Position numbers and translations under genes: made by a program. A stretch of 64,000 nucleotides of DNA from Methanomassiliicoccales archaeon (GTDB lineage Archaea > Thermoplasmatota > Thermoplasmata > Methanomassiliicoccales > UBA472), in the NCBI GenBank assembly GCA_036504055.1, contig DASXVU010000044.1, positions 8,260-72,259 of the forward strand, given 5' to 3'. Below, piece after piece: positions 49,021-58,116 of the stretch. The notes below the pieces were generated by a model. That model was not told the origin of the DNA and ran no database searches. It saw only the letters and a list, made by a program, of their open reading frames with translations. Positions within the stretch are counted from its first letter, which is position 1. Each line of letters starts with the position of its first letter.

Positions 49021-49374
49021 TTATTTCGGTACGTAGCACATCAGGTTGTATTCCCGGAGCGCTTCCTTGGTCCCTTCCGGCGTGATCGCCCGGGGACGCG
49101 TTTGATGCTTGAGTATCTCATCGAAAGGATAGTTGATGTATGCGCTTAGCAGTTTGAGCCGGTCCGCAGGAAAGGCCTGCCTTCCAAGGAGGATCTGGAC
49201 CACGCTCCAGCCCGGATGGACCCGGGAGCGATAGCCCATCTGGCGACCGAGTTCGTTCAGGGATCCGGCCTTCTCTATTCCTCTCGCTATTATCATTGCC
49301 CTGAAACCTGAGGTCAACCATACCTTTTCTAGTTCCTTCGGTTGACGGAACCCGGGAAATGCGAAGTCTGACAA
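49021..49374 (-). CDS. Hypothetical small protein, possible HTH
   Basis: 117-aa ORF. The segment GSLNELGRQMGYRSRV resembles a helix-turn-helix. Confidence 0.4.
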   Translation of the reverse strand: MSDFAFPGFRQPKELEKVWLTSGFRAMIIARGIEKAGSLNELGRQMGYRSRVHPGWSVVQILLGRQAFPADRLKLLSAYINYPFDEILKHQTRPRAITPEGTKEALREYNLMCYVPK

Positions 49375-49534
49375 GCGATAATGGTCATGCGAATGTGGAT
49401 TAGATAAATCTTCCCAGTGGAGGTCCGTCGTGCCGATATGATCGCTAGCCAGCTGGTCATCGGATATATGAATCCGGATAGGGGTTTCACCTCAACCTAT
49501 TTATACCGTACCACGTCTAGCCTGGTCGAAAATA

Positions 49535-49951
49535 ATGGGAGTGTTCCGGACAATCTTGAACATTGAAACGAGGAGCGAGGGTGACATCGTCGATCTGACC
49601 GGGAAGGTCATCGAGACGGTGAAAGGTTCTGGCTTAAAGGCCGGCATCGCCTGCGTCTTCGTCACCCATACCACCGCGGCGGTTTTCATCACTGAGAACG
49701 AGCCGGGCCTGCGATCTGACCTTATCAGGTCCATGGAAAAGGTTTTCCCCAAGGGATTCGGATACGCCCATAATGTTGGCGGGGACGGTAATGGCCACTC
49801 ACACGTCAGGGCTTCTGCCCTCGGTCAGTCGGTCACCATTCCGTTCAACGATGCCTCACTTGACATCGGCACCTGGCAGAGCATTGTGCTCATGGAGCTG
49901 GACAATGGGGGAAGGCCAAGAAAGCTGATAGTTCAGCTGGTAGGGGAATGA
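49535..49951 (+). CDS. YjbQ/UPF0047 family protein (secondary thiamine-phosphate synthase-like)
   Basis: Characteristic THTTAA..I.ENE and GHSH motifs. 138 aa. Confidence 0.85.
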   Translation: MGVFRTILNIETRSEGDIVDLTGKVIETVKGSGLKAGIACVFVTHTTAAVFITENEPGLRSDLIRSMEKVFPKGFGYAHNVGGDGNGHSHVRASALGQSVTIPFNDASLDIGTWQSIVLMELDNGGRPRKLIVQLVGE

Positions 49952-50021
49952 AATTCACAGTCCTAGCATCAACAACCATTAACATCTTGCAAGAGACAAA
50001 AATGAGAAGAGGTAGAAAGAA

Positions 50022-51275
50022 ATGAAATTAAAGTTCCTAGGCGGCGCGGACGTCGTTGGCAGGCTCGGAATGCTGCTCAACAACAAGGGCGCCAATCTGT
50101 TGTTCGAATACGGCATGAAACCGATCAAGCCGCCAGAGTACCCGATCCCCGCCCCGCCGCTGGAGACCGCGTTCTTGACACATTGTCACATCGACCATTC
50201 TGGAATGATCCCCTGGCTGTGCGGCAAGTACGGTACCAAGGTGCACACCACCCCATCGACCGTCGCTGTGTGCGAGCTGCTCATGAACGACACCCTCAAG
50301 GTGGCGGACTCAGAAGGATACCCACGCCCGTTCAATGAGAGCGATATCAAGGCCGCCATGCGGTGCTTCCGTCCGATGAAGTACGGGGACGTGCTGGACG
50401 TGGCCGGCTTTGAGGTAGAATCGCATTCTGCTGGCCACGTTCCTGGCGCTGCGATGTACGAGCTGCGCGGGGACAACACCACCGTGTTCACCGGCGACCT
50501 TCACACATACAACACGAACCTCACCTGGGGCGCGCACCCGGTGAAGTGCGACAACCTTATCATCGAGGCGACCTACGCTGGTCGTCTCCATCCCGACCGG
50601 AAGAGAGAGGAGCAGAAGCTCATCGAGAGGGTCAAGGAGACCGTCGAGGGCGGTGGCAAGGCCATCATCCCCTGTTTCGCGGTCGGGCGTACCCAGGAGG
50701 TCATGCTTATCCTGAAGGACCTGAAGTACGACATGTGGGTCGACGGGATGGGAAAGACCGTCAACCGTCTGTACTTGGAACAGCCAGAGTACATCCGTTC
50801 GGAACGGGACATGCGTATGGCCAAGAGGCGCTTCAATGAGGTGCGCGGTGCCGCGGCCAGGGAGAAGGCCATGGAGGGTGAGGTCATAGTCACCACCGGA
50901 GGCATGCTGGATGGAGGCCCGGTGATCCGTTACCTGCAGCAGGAACGGGACAATCCCAAGAGCTCGGTCCTCATGACCGGATTCCAGGTCGACGGTTCCA
51001 ACGGACGCCGTCTGATCGACAACGGTGCCATCGACATCAGGCAGCCAGGTTCCGCACCGGAAGAGGTGCCGGCATCGATGCGCGTCGCCTGCCAGGTGCA
51101 GCAGTTCGATCTTTCCGCACATGCGGACCACAACGAGCTGCTGAAGTTCATCCGTGCCTGCAACCCGGAGAACGTCGTTCTAATGCACTCTGACAACCGT
51201 CCGGCCCTCGCAAAGGACCTGAAGGACGAGTTCAAGGTGCATATGCCGATGCCAGGCGAGGAGTTCGAGCTATAG
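50022..51275 (+). CDS. Metallo-beta-lactamase / beta-CASP ribonuclease (aCPSF2-like)
   Basis: HCHIDHSG motif II, beta-CASP motifs, and a C-terminal H (LSAHAD). 417 aa with no KH domains. Confidence 0.85.
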   Translation: MKLKFLGGADVVGRLGMLLNNKGANLLFEYGMKPIKPPEYPIPAPPLETAFLTHCHIDHSGMIPWLCGKYGTKVHTTPSTVAVCELLMNDTLKVADSEGYPRPFNESDIKAAMRCFRPMKYGDVLDVAGFEVESHSAGHVPGAAMYELRGDNTTVFTGDLHTYNTNLTWGAHPVKCDNLIIEATYAGRLHPDRKREEQKLIERVKETVEGGGKAIIPCFAVGRTQEVMLILKDLKYDMWVDGMGKTVNRLYLEQPEYIRSERDMRMAKRRFNEVRGAAAREKAMEGEVIVTTGGMLDGGPVIRYLQQERDNPKSSVLMTGFQVDGSNGRRLIDNGAIDIRQPGSAPEEVPASMRVACQVQQFDLSAHADHNELLKFIRACNPENVVLMHSDNRPALAKDLKDEFKVHMPMPGEEFEL

Positions 51276-51309
51276 GACCGGCAGCTATTTCCATCGGTGG
51301 TGTCGTAGT

Positions 51310-52140
51310 ATGGTCATGCGCATGGAGGACCTGCTCGCCGAGGATGAGGGTTACGGGGACATCACCTCGGAACTGCTCATCGAGAACGAGGGCGGAGAGT
51401 CGGAGATCGTCGCCAACGAAGATTGCGTGGTCGCCGGCCTGGCCGAGGCCACTGAGCTCTTCAAGAGCCTGGACCTCGATGCCCGCGCCCAGGTCGAAGA
51501 TGGTTGCCAGGTCAAGAAGGGAACGGCGGTCATGACCATACACGGACCATTGAAGGCGATACTTCTGGGTGAGCGCCTGGCCCTGAATTTCATCATGCGG
51601 ATGTCGGGCATAGCCACGGTCACTTCGAAGACACTATGGGATTGCCGGCGGGAGAACAAGAACGTTCGGATCGCAGCGACCCGGAAGACCACTCCCGGTT
51701 TCCGTTTCTATGAGAAGAAGGCGGTCGTTCTGGGAGGGGGAGACCCCCACCGCAACCGCCTGGACGATATGATACTTATCAAGGACAATCACCTGGTCAT
51801 CGTCGGCTCCGTGACCGAGGCGGTAAGAAAGGCCAAGACCTATTCCTTCAGCAAGAAGGTGGAGGTCGAGGTCGTTGTACTGGACCAGGCCAAAGAGGCG
51901 GCCGTTGCGGGGGCGGATATCATAATGCTCGACAACATGTCCCCTAAGGATGCGGAGGAGAGCTATTTTGCGATCAAGGAGATCGATCCGCGCATAACGG
52001 TCGAGGTCTCGGGCGGGATAACCCCGCACAACGCGGCCGAGTATGCCAAGCATGCCGACGTATTGTCTCTCGGCTGGATCACCCACTCCGCCAAAGCGAT
52101 ACAGTTCTCGCTCAGCGTCACGAAGGTCTACCGTTTCTGA
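51310..52140 (+). CDS. nadC: Nicotinate-nucleotide pyrophosphorylase (carboxylating)
   Basis: GDITS, ERLALNF, TRKTTPG, HR..L.D..LIKDNH, IMLDN and VSGGI motifs. Confidence 0.9.
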   Translation: MVMRMEDLLAEDEGYGDITSELLIENEGGESEIVANEDCVVAGLAEATELFKSLDLDARAQVEDGCQVKKGTAVMTIHGPLKAILLGERLALNFIMRMSGIATVTSKTLWDCRRENKNVRIAATRKTTPGFRFYEKKAVVLGGGDPHRNRLDDMILIKDNHLVIVGSVTEAVRKAKTYSFSKKVEVEVVVLDQAKEAAVAGADIIMLDNMSPKDAEESYFAIKEIDPRITVEVSGGITPHNAAEYAKHADVLSLGWITHSAKAIQFSLSVTKVYRF

Positions 52141-52968
52141 TCAAGGCAGCCGGGTCTTGTGGTACCTCAGCCCGATCTGTTCAGGCGTGGCGCCGAATGC
52201 CAGCGCAAGCAGTTCTGCAAGATAGAGCACTGGTAGCCCCTCCTTCTGCCTGATGTCGAATTGGACGAAGCAGAACGGGCAGGGCGTCAATATGCAATTG
52301 GCACCGCCGGGACGGAACGAGGATGTCGCATCCTCCAGCATCTTGGAGGAGACCTTTTCGTCGATACCGGCGATCCCGCCACCACAGCATTTCGGCCACT
52401 TCTCGCTGACCACCACTTCGGAACCGCACCAGGATGCTATCTCATCAAGGATCTTTGGGGCGAAGCTATCATCGATCTTCAGCTTGGACGATGGCCTGAC
52501 CATATGACATCCTGGATGCGCGGCCAGCCTGAGCCTTTCCTGCGATGCGCTGACCAGGGACCGGACCCTATCCGCTCCCGCCTCCTCGACAATCTCAGCG
52601 AAATGCCTGACCCTCACATTGCCGCTGTATCGCAGGTCCATCTCCTTCAGGATCGTGTTCACATCTGCTCTGGTCCTCTCGTTCTCCAGCGCCTGTCTGG
52701 ACTCCTCCAATGACAGGTAGCATCCGTTGCACAGGGAGAGAATGTCCCGCCCGTTGCTCTCGGCGATGGCCAGCATCCTAGCCGTAACCACCAGCCAGGT
52801 GTCCGCCGCCAGCGATCTCAGGCCGATCGGCTCCACACAGCAAGTGGCTCCCGGCATCTGTTCGTGCTCCACTCCCAATTTTTCCAGTACGAACAGGGAA
52901 GAGCGTTCCAGGAACGGGAGCCTGGTCGGGATCAGGCAGCCCCTGAAAAGATAATATTTCCTATTCAA
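52141..52968 (-). CDS. hdrB: Heterodisulfide reductase subunit B
   Basis: Two CCG-type Cys-rich domains (CCVEP, CNGC, CPFC, CCGGG). Confidence 0.9.
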   Translation of the reverse strand: MNRKYYLFRGCLIPTRLPFLERSSLFVLEKLGVEHEQMPGATCCVEPIGLRSLAADTWLVVTARMLAIAESNGRDILSLCNGCYLSLEESRQALENERTRADVNTILKEMDLRYSGNVRVRHFAEIVEEAGADRVRSLVSASQERLRLAAHPGCHMVRPSSKLKIDDSFAPKILDEIASWCGSEVVVSEKWPKCCGGGIAGIDEKVSSKMLEDATSSFRPGGANCILTPCPFCFVQFDIRQKEGLPVLYLAELLALAFGATPEQIGLRYHKTRLP

Positions 52969-53443
52969 GCCTGAGACCTCCCAAACGGGTTTTCCTCAAG
53001 AGCATGGCCAGCTGTTCCATGGTCTCTGTCGGGACGGTGAGCTCATCCAATCCCAGGTCCTTTCTCAATTTCTTGGTCATTCCAGTGTTTGGGAACGACA
53101 GTCCGGAACGGATGAACAGCTTCGCTTCCTCGGAGAAATGTTTCGGGATGTTCCCGAGGTTTGCGGACTCGCCCCTCAGAAGCGCAATGGTCTCGGCCGG
53201 ATCGACACCCATCTGACACCTCTCTGTGCAGGAGTTGCACATCGCGCAGAGCCAGAGGGAGCGTTCCTCGCGCAGGTCCAACGATCCCTGGTGAGCTCTG
53301 GTCAGGATCCCGATCGGGCGGATCCCTCCGGCACGCTCCGAGGGACATATCCCCGAGCATAGCCCGCATTGCTGGCATCTCCAGATCGACCCTTCGGAAA
53401 GGACGCGGTCAAGATCCTGAGTGCCGGCCTGGGAGGCTTTCAT
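52961..53443 (-). CDS. hdrC: Heterodisulfide reductase subunit C
   Basis: Two ferredoxin-like motifs (CQQCGLCSGICP, CAMCNSCTERC). The gene overlaps hdrB by 8 nt. Confidence 0.88.
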   Translation of the reverse strand: MKASQAGTQDLDRVLSEGSIWRCQQCGLCSGICPSERAGGIRPIGILTRAHQGSLDLREERSLWLCAMCNSCTERCQMGVDPAETIALLRGESANLGNIPKHFSEEAKLFIRSGLSFPNTGMTKKLRKDLGLDELTVPTETMEQLAMLLRKTRLGGLRLE

Positions 53444-53507
53444 GCGTCGAGCATCGGCGCCGCCGGATTTTACTCTTTCCTTTACTCCACCGAGACCTAC
53501 GCAAGGT

Positions 53508-53981
53508 TCAGAAGCCCTTCAGGAACCGGGCCAGATCGTTGCGCATGCTGGCGTCGTTGTATTTTCGGGCCTGGCGGTAGGCGTCGTAAATGTTGTAGGC
53601 CCAGAATCCCAGGCTGACCAGGATGACTATGATGAACGTTCCATCGGCGAGAAGTCCCCTGACGGCATTGATGTCATTGTAGTCAATGTTCAGGGTGAGC
53701 ACGCTGGAGAATACCGAGAGGATGACGAACGTCACGATGAACGCGATGCCCCGCTTTATCTTGCCGACGTATAGTTGGCCAAGTCCGGCGAAGAAGAAGG
53801 ACAGGATAACGGCTATGGCGCCGCTCTTCCGGGGGTAGCCTGGCTGACCGTAAGGCTGAGGGCCGTACTGGCTCGGTTGGTATTGCTGGTTCGGCTGCTG
53901 GGTAAAGGAAAATCCGCAGGAAGGGCAGAACTGCATCGAATCGTCCGTTACGGTCTTACCGCAATTGGGGCAAACCATCAT
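53508..53981 (-). CDS. Zinc-ribbon membrane protein (GLGQxY motif family), paralog A
   Basis: MMVCPNCG...CPSCG ribbon, Gln/Pro/Tyr-rich linker, and TM helices containing FFFAGLGQLYVGK. Confidence 0.6.
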   Translation of the reverse strand: MMVCPNCGKTVTDDSMQFCPSCGFSFTQQPNQQYQPSQYGPQPYGQPGYPRKSGAIAVILSFFFAGLGQLYVGKIKRGIAFIVTFVILSVFSSVLTLNIDYNDINAVRGLLADGTFIIVILVSLGFWAYNIYDAYRQARKYNDASMRNDLARFLKGF

Positions 53982-54044
53982 TGTTATCGAAAGGAGATTG
54001 CGGTTCGATTATTTATCATAAAAGACGGTTTATATATGCCCGTC

Positions 54045-54494
54045 TCAGTCCTCGGGAAGCCTGGAGATCGTCAGGTTGGTGTCCGATGTGACCCTGACCG
54101 CATCGATGACCTGTCCCATCCAAAAGACCGATATAATGGCCGAAAGGACCACCATCAGCTCCACCCCGATCAGCGACCGGTAGGAGAAAGCGACCAAGCC
54201 AGCCGCCAGAAGGGTCATGAATATCAGGAAGACCAGGCCGCCGCGTTCCTTTCTGCCGTCATAGGCCTGACCCAGTCCAGGCAGGAAGAACGAGGACAAC
54301 AGGGCGAGGTCCGAATCCTTCAATCTCCTTCCGTTCTGGGCTGAATATCTGGGACTTTCATCTAGCCACCAGGTCAGCAACGGGTCGAGCAACGGCTCAT
54401 CCGTTCTGAAGAATCCGCTTGTCATTCCTGAGCATCGACCGCAGGAATCCTGGAAGTCCTCAATGAAGGCCCCGCAGTATTCGCAATATGCCAA
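54045..54494 (-). CDS. Zinc-ribbon membrane protein (GLGQxY motif family), paralog B
   Basis: CEYCG...CGRC ribbon and TM helices containing FFLPGLGQAYDGRK. Confidence 0.55.
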   Translation of the reverse strand: MAYCEYCGAFIEDFQDSCGRCSGMTSGFFRTDEPLLDPLLTWWLDESPRYSAQNGRRLKDSDLALLSSFFLPGLGQAYDGRKERGGLVFLIFMTLLAAGLVAFSYRSLIGVELMVVLSAIISVFWMGQVIDAVRVTSDTNLTISRLPED

Positions 54495-54609
54495 CTCGCT
54501 CCCTAGTGAAATAATATGAACGCACCATGTTCATGTAATTTGCGAACGTGCGGCCCCCTCGTTCGATCAGGCACAAGAATCATATCGTTCGATGCCGCTG
54601 GGAGGAGCG

Positions 54610-54795
54610 ATGGATATCGAGAAGGAGAAATGCCAAGTGTGCGGTGCTAAGGCCGAGCAGTTCGTTTTCGCCGCCTTCGTTTGCCGCAATGAGGACTGTG
54701 TGGAGAAGGCCAGGCTGGAACGCGGCGGGCCCGGCGGGCACATGAAGAACAAGCATTCCGCCCCCATAACCAAGATCGAGGACCAGAAGGAGTGA
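54610..54795 (+). CDS. Possible small Cys-containing protein
   Basis: MDIEKEKCQVCG...CRNEDC four-Cys pattern. 61 aa, weakly supported. Confidence 0.3.
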   Translation: MDIEKEKCQVCGAKAEQFVFAAFVCRNEDCVEKARLERGGPGGHMKNKHSAPITKIEDQKE

Positions 54796-55893
54796 TCAGG
54801 TCTTCTTGTCACTGTTCCTCAACCTGGAGGCGGCCAGCACATGCAGGTCCATGAGCGGGATCCGTTCTCGGTCCTTGTGGGAGCCATAATCCTTCTGGGC
54901 GCATGAGAGGTGGACGAAGCATTTGGGACAGGCGGTGACCAAGGTTTCCGCACCGGTATCCCTCGCCTCCTTCAGGCGTTCCACCTGCCATCTCTTGGTG
55001 TCATCGTCACAGTTGGCCCAGCAGGGATTCCCGCAGCAGGCGGAGGATGCACCGGAACGGGGCATCTCCCTCAGTTCTCCGCAGGCATTGACCACCACCC
55101 TCGGCTCCTCCAGGAGTCCCGCAAAACGGACCAACTTGCATGGGTCATGGTACGTGAACCGGTCTTCGCTCGAGGATAATTCCAAGCGTCCCTCTTCGAC
55201 CGCCTTCGCTAACAGTTCCGAGAGGTTGACGACATCCATATCGAAACCGGGCACCACCCGCGGATAGATATCCTTCAAGGTATGGTGGCATTCCGGGCAG
55301 AACGTCACCACACGCTTGGCCTCGGATCTTTTCAGGCTCTCCGCATTGAGCCTTGCCAGTTTGGTGAAGGTCTCCTCCTCTCCTAACCAGTAGGAATCGT
55401 GGCCGCAGCAGAGCTCCTCGTCGAGCAGCATGGGCCTGATCCCCATCGCGTTGAGCAATCTGACGGCTGAGCGGGGCATCTCCAGCATGCCCTTGGCGAA
55501 AGCGTTGAACAGCTGATCGAAGAGAGGTGTGCATCCGATGAATAGAACAGTATCGGAGTTTGGGTCCAGCTCTAGGTCCGGTGTCACCCAATCGGCCCGG
55601 TGGCCTTTCGTCCTTCCCTCCGCCTCGGTCCTCCTTATTTCCCGTAGGATGCCGTTATGCGATTGGATCGGAGGGAATCTGGAATTATTGTCGGCCCTGA
55701 CGTCCCGGATGAACTCGTGGAAGGTGACCCCCGAGGTGCACACCTCCGAACATGCCCCGCAGGTCATGCACGACCATATCTCCCAGTGATCCAGTTCTTT
55801 ACCGGATACGAAATCCTCCATCACCCGACGCGGTGAGAACCGGTTGTCGCGGTGGGCGGCCGGACAGGCGTACGAGCACTTGCCGCATTCCAC
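54796..55893 (-). CDS. HdrD-like Fe-S protein (2x[4Fe-4S] ferredoxin domain + two CCG domains); 5' end unresolved
   Basis: Motifs (C)VECGKCSYACP, CMTCGACSEVC, CCGHD, FCPEC, HDPC, CCGNP and ACPKC. The first Cys of the first cluster motif is encoded upstream of the GTG at 55893 (see findings). Confidence 0.8.
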   Translation of the reverse strand: MECGKCSYACPAAHRDNRFSPRRVMEDFVSGKELDHWEIWSCMTCGACSEVCTSGVTFHEFIRDVRADNNSRFPPIQSHNGILREIRRTEAEGRTKGHRADWVTPDLELDPNSDTVLFIGCTPLFDQLFNAFAKGMLEMPRSAVRLLNAMGIRPMLLDEELCCGHDSYWLGEEETFTKLARLNAESLKRSEAKRVVTFCPECHHTLKDIYPRVVPGFDMDVVNLSELLAKAVEEGRLELSSSEDRFTYHDPCKLVRFAGLLEEPRVVVNACGELREMPRSGASSACCGNPCWANCDDDTKRWQVERLKEARDTGAETLVTACPKCFVHLSCAQKDYGSHKDRERIPLMDLHVLAASRLRNSDKKT

Positions 55894-55939
55894 GCATTCG
55901 GAGGTGTTGTTCCTCCGAGCGGAATCGACCAGGTCCAGG

Positions 55940-56422
55940 TCAATCCCTCCCCATCGGGCCCAGCTCTCTTGTCGTGGCGGTGAACTCCGCCGCAGTGGAA
56001 GCGAACAGGGCCCCCTCGGACGCCGATACCCAGCGGAGCAGGAGCCGGTGCGGATCTATACCCATAAGTTCCAGGAGCCGCTTGCACTCCTTAACCTTCA
56101 CTTCCGCCTTGCGGTTTCCGGCGATGTAATGGCAATCGCCGATATGGCATCCTAGGACCATCACCCCGTCCGCTCCTTTTTCGAAACATCGCATGATCAT
56201 TCCCGGGTCCACCCGGCCAGAGCACATGACCCGGACCACCCGGATGTTGCTTGGATACTGGATCCGGCTTACCCCGGCGAGGTCGGCGCCGGCGTAGGCG
56301 CACCAGTTGCAGCAGAAGGCCACGATCGCCGGTTCAAAGACCTCAAGCTCACCGGTGGACGGGGCGTTGCTCCCCGCTCCAGGGACTTGGCGGATGACCG
56401 GAACGACTGAAGGTGAATCCAT
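55940..56422 (-). CDS. mvhD: MvhD/FlpD-like (methyl-viologen-reducing hydrogenase delta subunit family) protein
   Basis: Signature IVAFCCNWCAY.GADLAG......YP.N.R.VRV.C.GRV......CF..GADGV.V.GCH.GDCHY..GN. Confidence 0.85.
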   Translation of the reverse strand: MDSPSVVPVIRQVPGAGSNAPSTGELEVFEPAIVAFCCNWCAYAGADLAGVSRIQYPSNIRVVRVMCSGRVDPGMIMRCFEKGADGVMVLGCHIGDCHYIAGNRKAEVKVKECKRLLELMGIDPHRLLLRWVSASEGALFASTAAEFTATTRELGPMGRD

Positions 56423-56561
56423 GTAACGACCTCAATGCGAAGCGGATGCCCACAAAAAAGGGTTTCGATGCCTCCGGCCATTTCGCGGAACTATGGGAAC
56501 CTTCGTCCCTGCATCACTCTGGTGCAGATATGATTAATAACGGTCGTTCCATTTCTGTCCC

Positions 56562-57269
56562 ATGGCTCTCCGGATCGTGGGATTCTCAAAGACCTCCCTT
56601 TTGGATTGGGACGGACATGTGGTTGCCACGATATACCTGCAGGGATGCAACTGGCGCTGTCTTTATTGCCACAACCCCGACCTGGTTCCGATAGAACCAG
56701 TGTTCGATGAGCTGGACTTTGAGGACATAGCCGAGTATGTGCGGGATAACGCCGACTTCCTTGATGGGGTGGCGATATCCGGCGGCGAGCCCACCATCCA
56801 TCCGGACCTGCCCATACTGATCGCTAAGATCAGAGATCTGGGAATGAAGGTCAAGCTGGACACCAACGGTTCCAACCCGGAGATGCTTGAGGACCTGCTC
56901 GGTTCCGGGATGCTCGACTACGTTGCGATGGACATCAAGGCCCCTCTGAACGGCAAATACAAAGAGATCGTCAAGGTGAACGCCGATCTGGAAGCGGTCA
57001 AGCGTTCGATCCTACTTTTAATGAACTCGGGCACAGACTACGAGTTCCGCACCACCATCGTGCCTTTCCTGCTGGAGGAAAAGGAGGTTGAGGCCATAGC
57101 CGCGTACATAGGCGGGTCCAAGAAATTTGCCCTGCATCAGTTCAAGAACGACTCCACGCTCGAGAAGAAGATGGAGCTGGTCTCGCCCTACCCAGAGGAG
57201 AAGCTGAGGGCCATGGCGGACATCGCCAAGAGGTATGTGGGCAAGGTCGTGATCCGGGGCACCAGTTGA
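56562..57269 (+). CDS. Radical SAM activating enzyme (NrdG / PflA-like)
   Basis: CNWRCLYCHN CxxxCxxC motif close to the N-terminus and an ISGGEPT motif. 235 aa. Confidence 0.8.
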   Translation: MALRIVGFSKTSLLDWDGHVVATIYLQGCNWRCLYCHNPDLVPIEPVFDELDFEDIAEYVRDNADFLDGVAISGGEPTIHPDLPILIAKIRDLGMKVKLDTNGSNPEMLEDLLGSGMLDYVAMDIKAPLNGKYKEIVKVNADLEAVKRSILLLMNSGTDYEFRTTIVPFLLEEKEVEAIAAYIGGSKKFALHQFKNDSTLEKKMELVSPYPEEKLRAMADIAKRYVGKVVIRGTS

Positions 57270-57383
57270 TAAAAAACGACCTCCGATAAGCAGGTCAAAT
57301 CTATTTTATACGTCAAGAACGCTGAATGCACGTTAACGTACCCAGACCATTTTGGCCAGTACGTTCCTGGGAGTGCGTGTTCG

Positions 57384-58100
57384 ATGGAAAATGTGAACGG
57401 CAGGCTGAAAACTTATATCGATGGATTTGACAGGATATTGGAGGGAGGCGTCCCCACCGGCCATATCGTTCTCCTGGCAGGCACTCCTGGTACAATGAAA
57501 TCATCGCTCTCCTACTACATGTTGTACAACCATGCCCTTGAGAACAACATATGCTCCGTCTATGTCACGCTGGAACAATCCCGGGAGTCCCTGCTAAGGC
57601 AGATGGAGAAGATGGGCATGCATACCGACAACGTCAAGGACCAGCTGAACGTCCTGGACCTCGGGATTATCCGGAAGAAGCTGAAGGAGATTTCTGCCGG
57701 AAGCTCCTGGCTGCACGTTTTCAAATCATATCTCACCAATCTTAAAGAGAACATGAAGTACTCCATCCTGGTCATCGATTCCCTGGAAGTGCTGGAAACG
57801 ATGGCCGAGCTTTCCAACAGAAGGACGGAGCTGTTCTACCTCTTCGAGTGGCTGAGGGACCTCGACGCTACCGTCTTCCTCATTTCGGAATCATCATCGG
57901 AAAGGATGATGGACGGCAAGTTCGACGAGGGATATCTCTCGGATGGCATCATCACGCTGAAGATGCAGGTGATCAGGGACGTGGAATCCCAAAGACGCAT
58001 ACGGTGTGTCAAGATGAGGGAGACGAACCATGATCCATCCTACTACTCGCTCCTATACAACGGAGGCAAGTTCCAGGTTACGAGAGTGATATCAGAGTAA
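57384..58100 (+). CDS. KaiC/RecA-superfamily single-domain ATPase-like protein, paralog 1 (deviant P-loop)
   Basis: The GFD.IL.GGVP.G....L.G.PGT.KS pattern is typical of KaiC-like proteins. Here the P-loop is GTPGTMKS (57480-57503). Also present are LEQS and Walker B ILVIDSLE. Confidence 0.8.
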   Translation: MENVNGRLKTYIDGFDRILEGGVPTGHIVLLAGTPGTMKSSLSYYMLYNHALENNICSVYVTLEQSRESLLRQMEKMGMHTDNVKDQLNVLDLGIIRKKLKEISAGSSWLHVFKSYLTNLKENMKYSILVIDSLEVLETMAELSNRRTELFYLFEWLRDLDATVFLISESSSERMMDGKFDEGYLSDGIITLKMQVIRDVESQRRIRCVKMRETNHDPSYYSLLYNGGKFQVTRVISE

Positions 58101-58116
58101 AGTCTGGTGCCTCATA

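Noticed and set aside
57480-57503. The P-loop Met (GTPGTMKS) as a sequencing or assembly error
   Set aside because: The same amino-acid substitution recurs in all three paralogs and is written with different synonymous codons. It is therefore a conserved protein feature, not an error.
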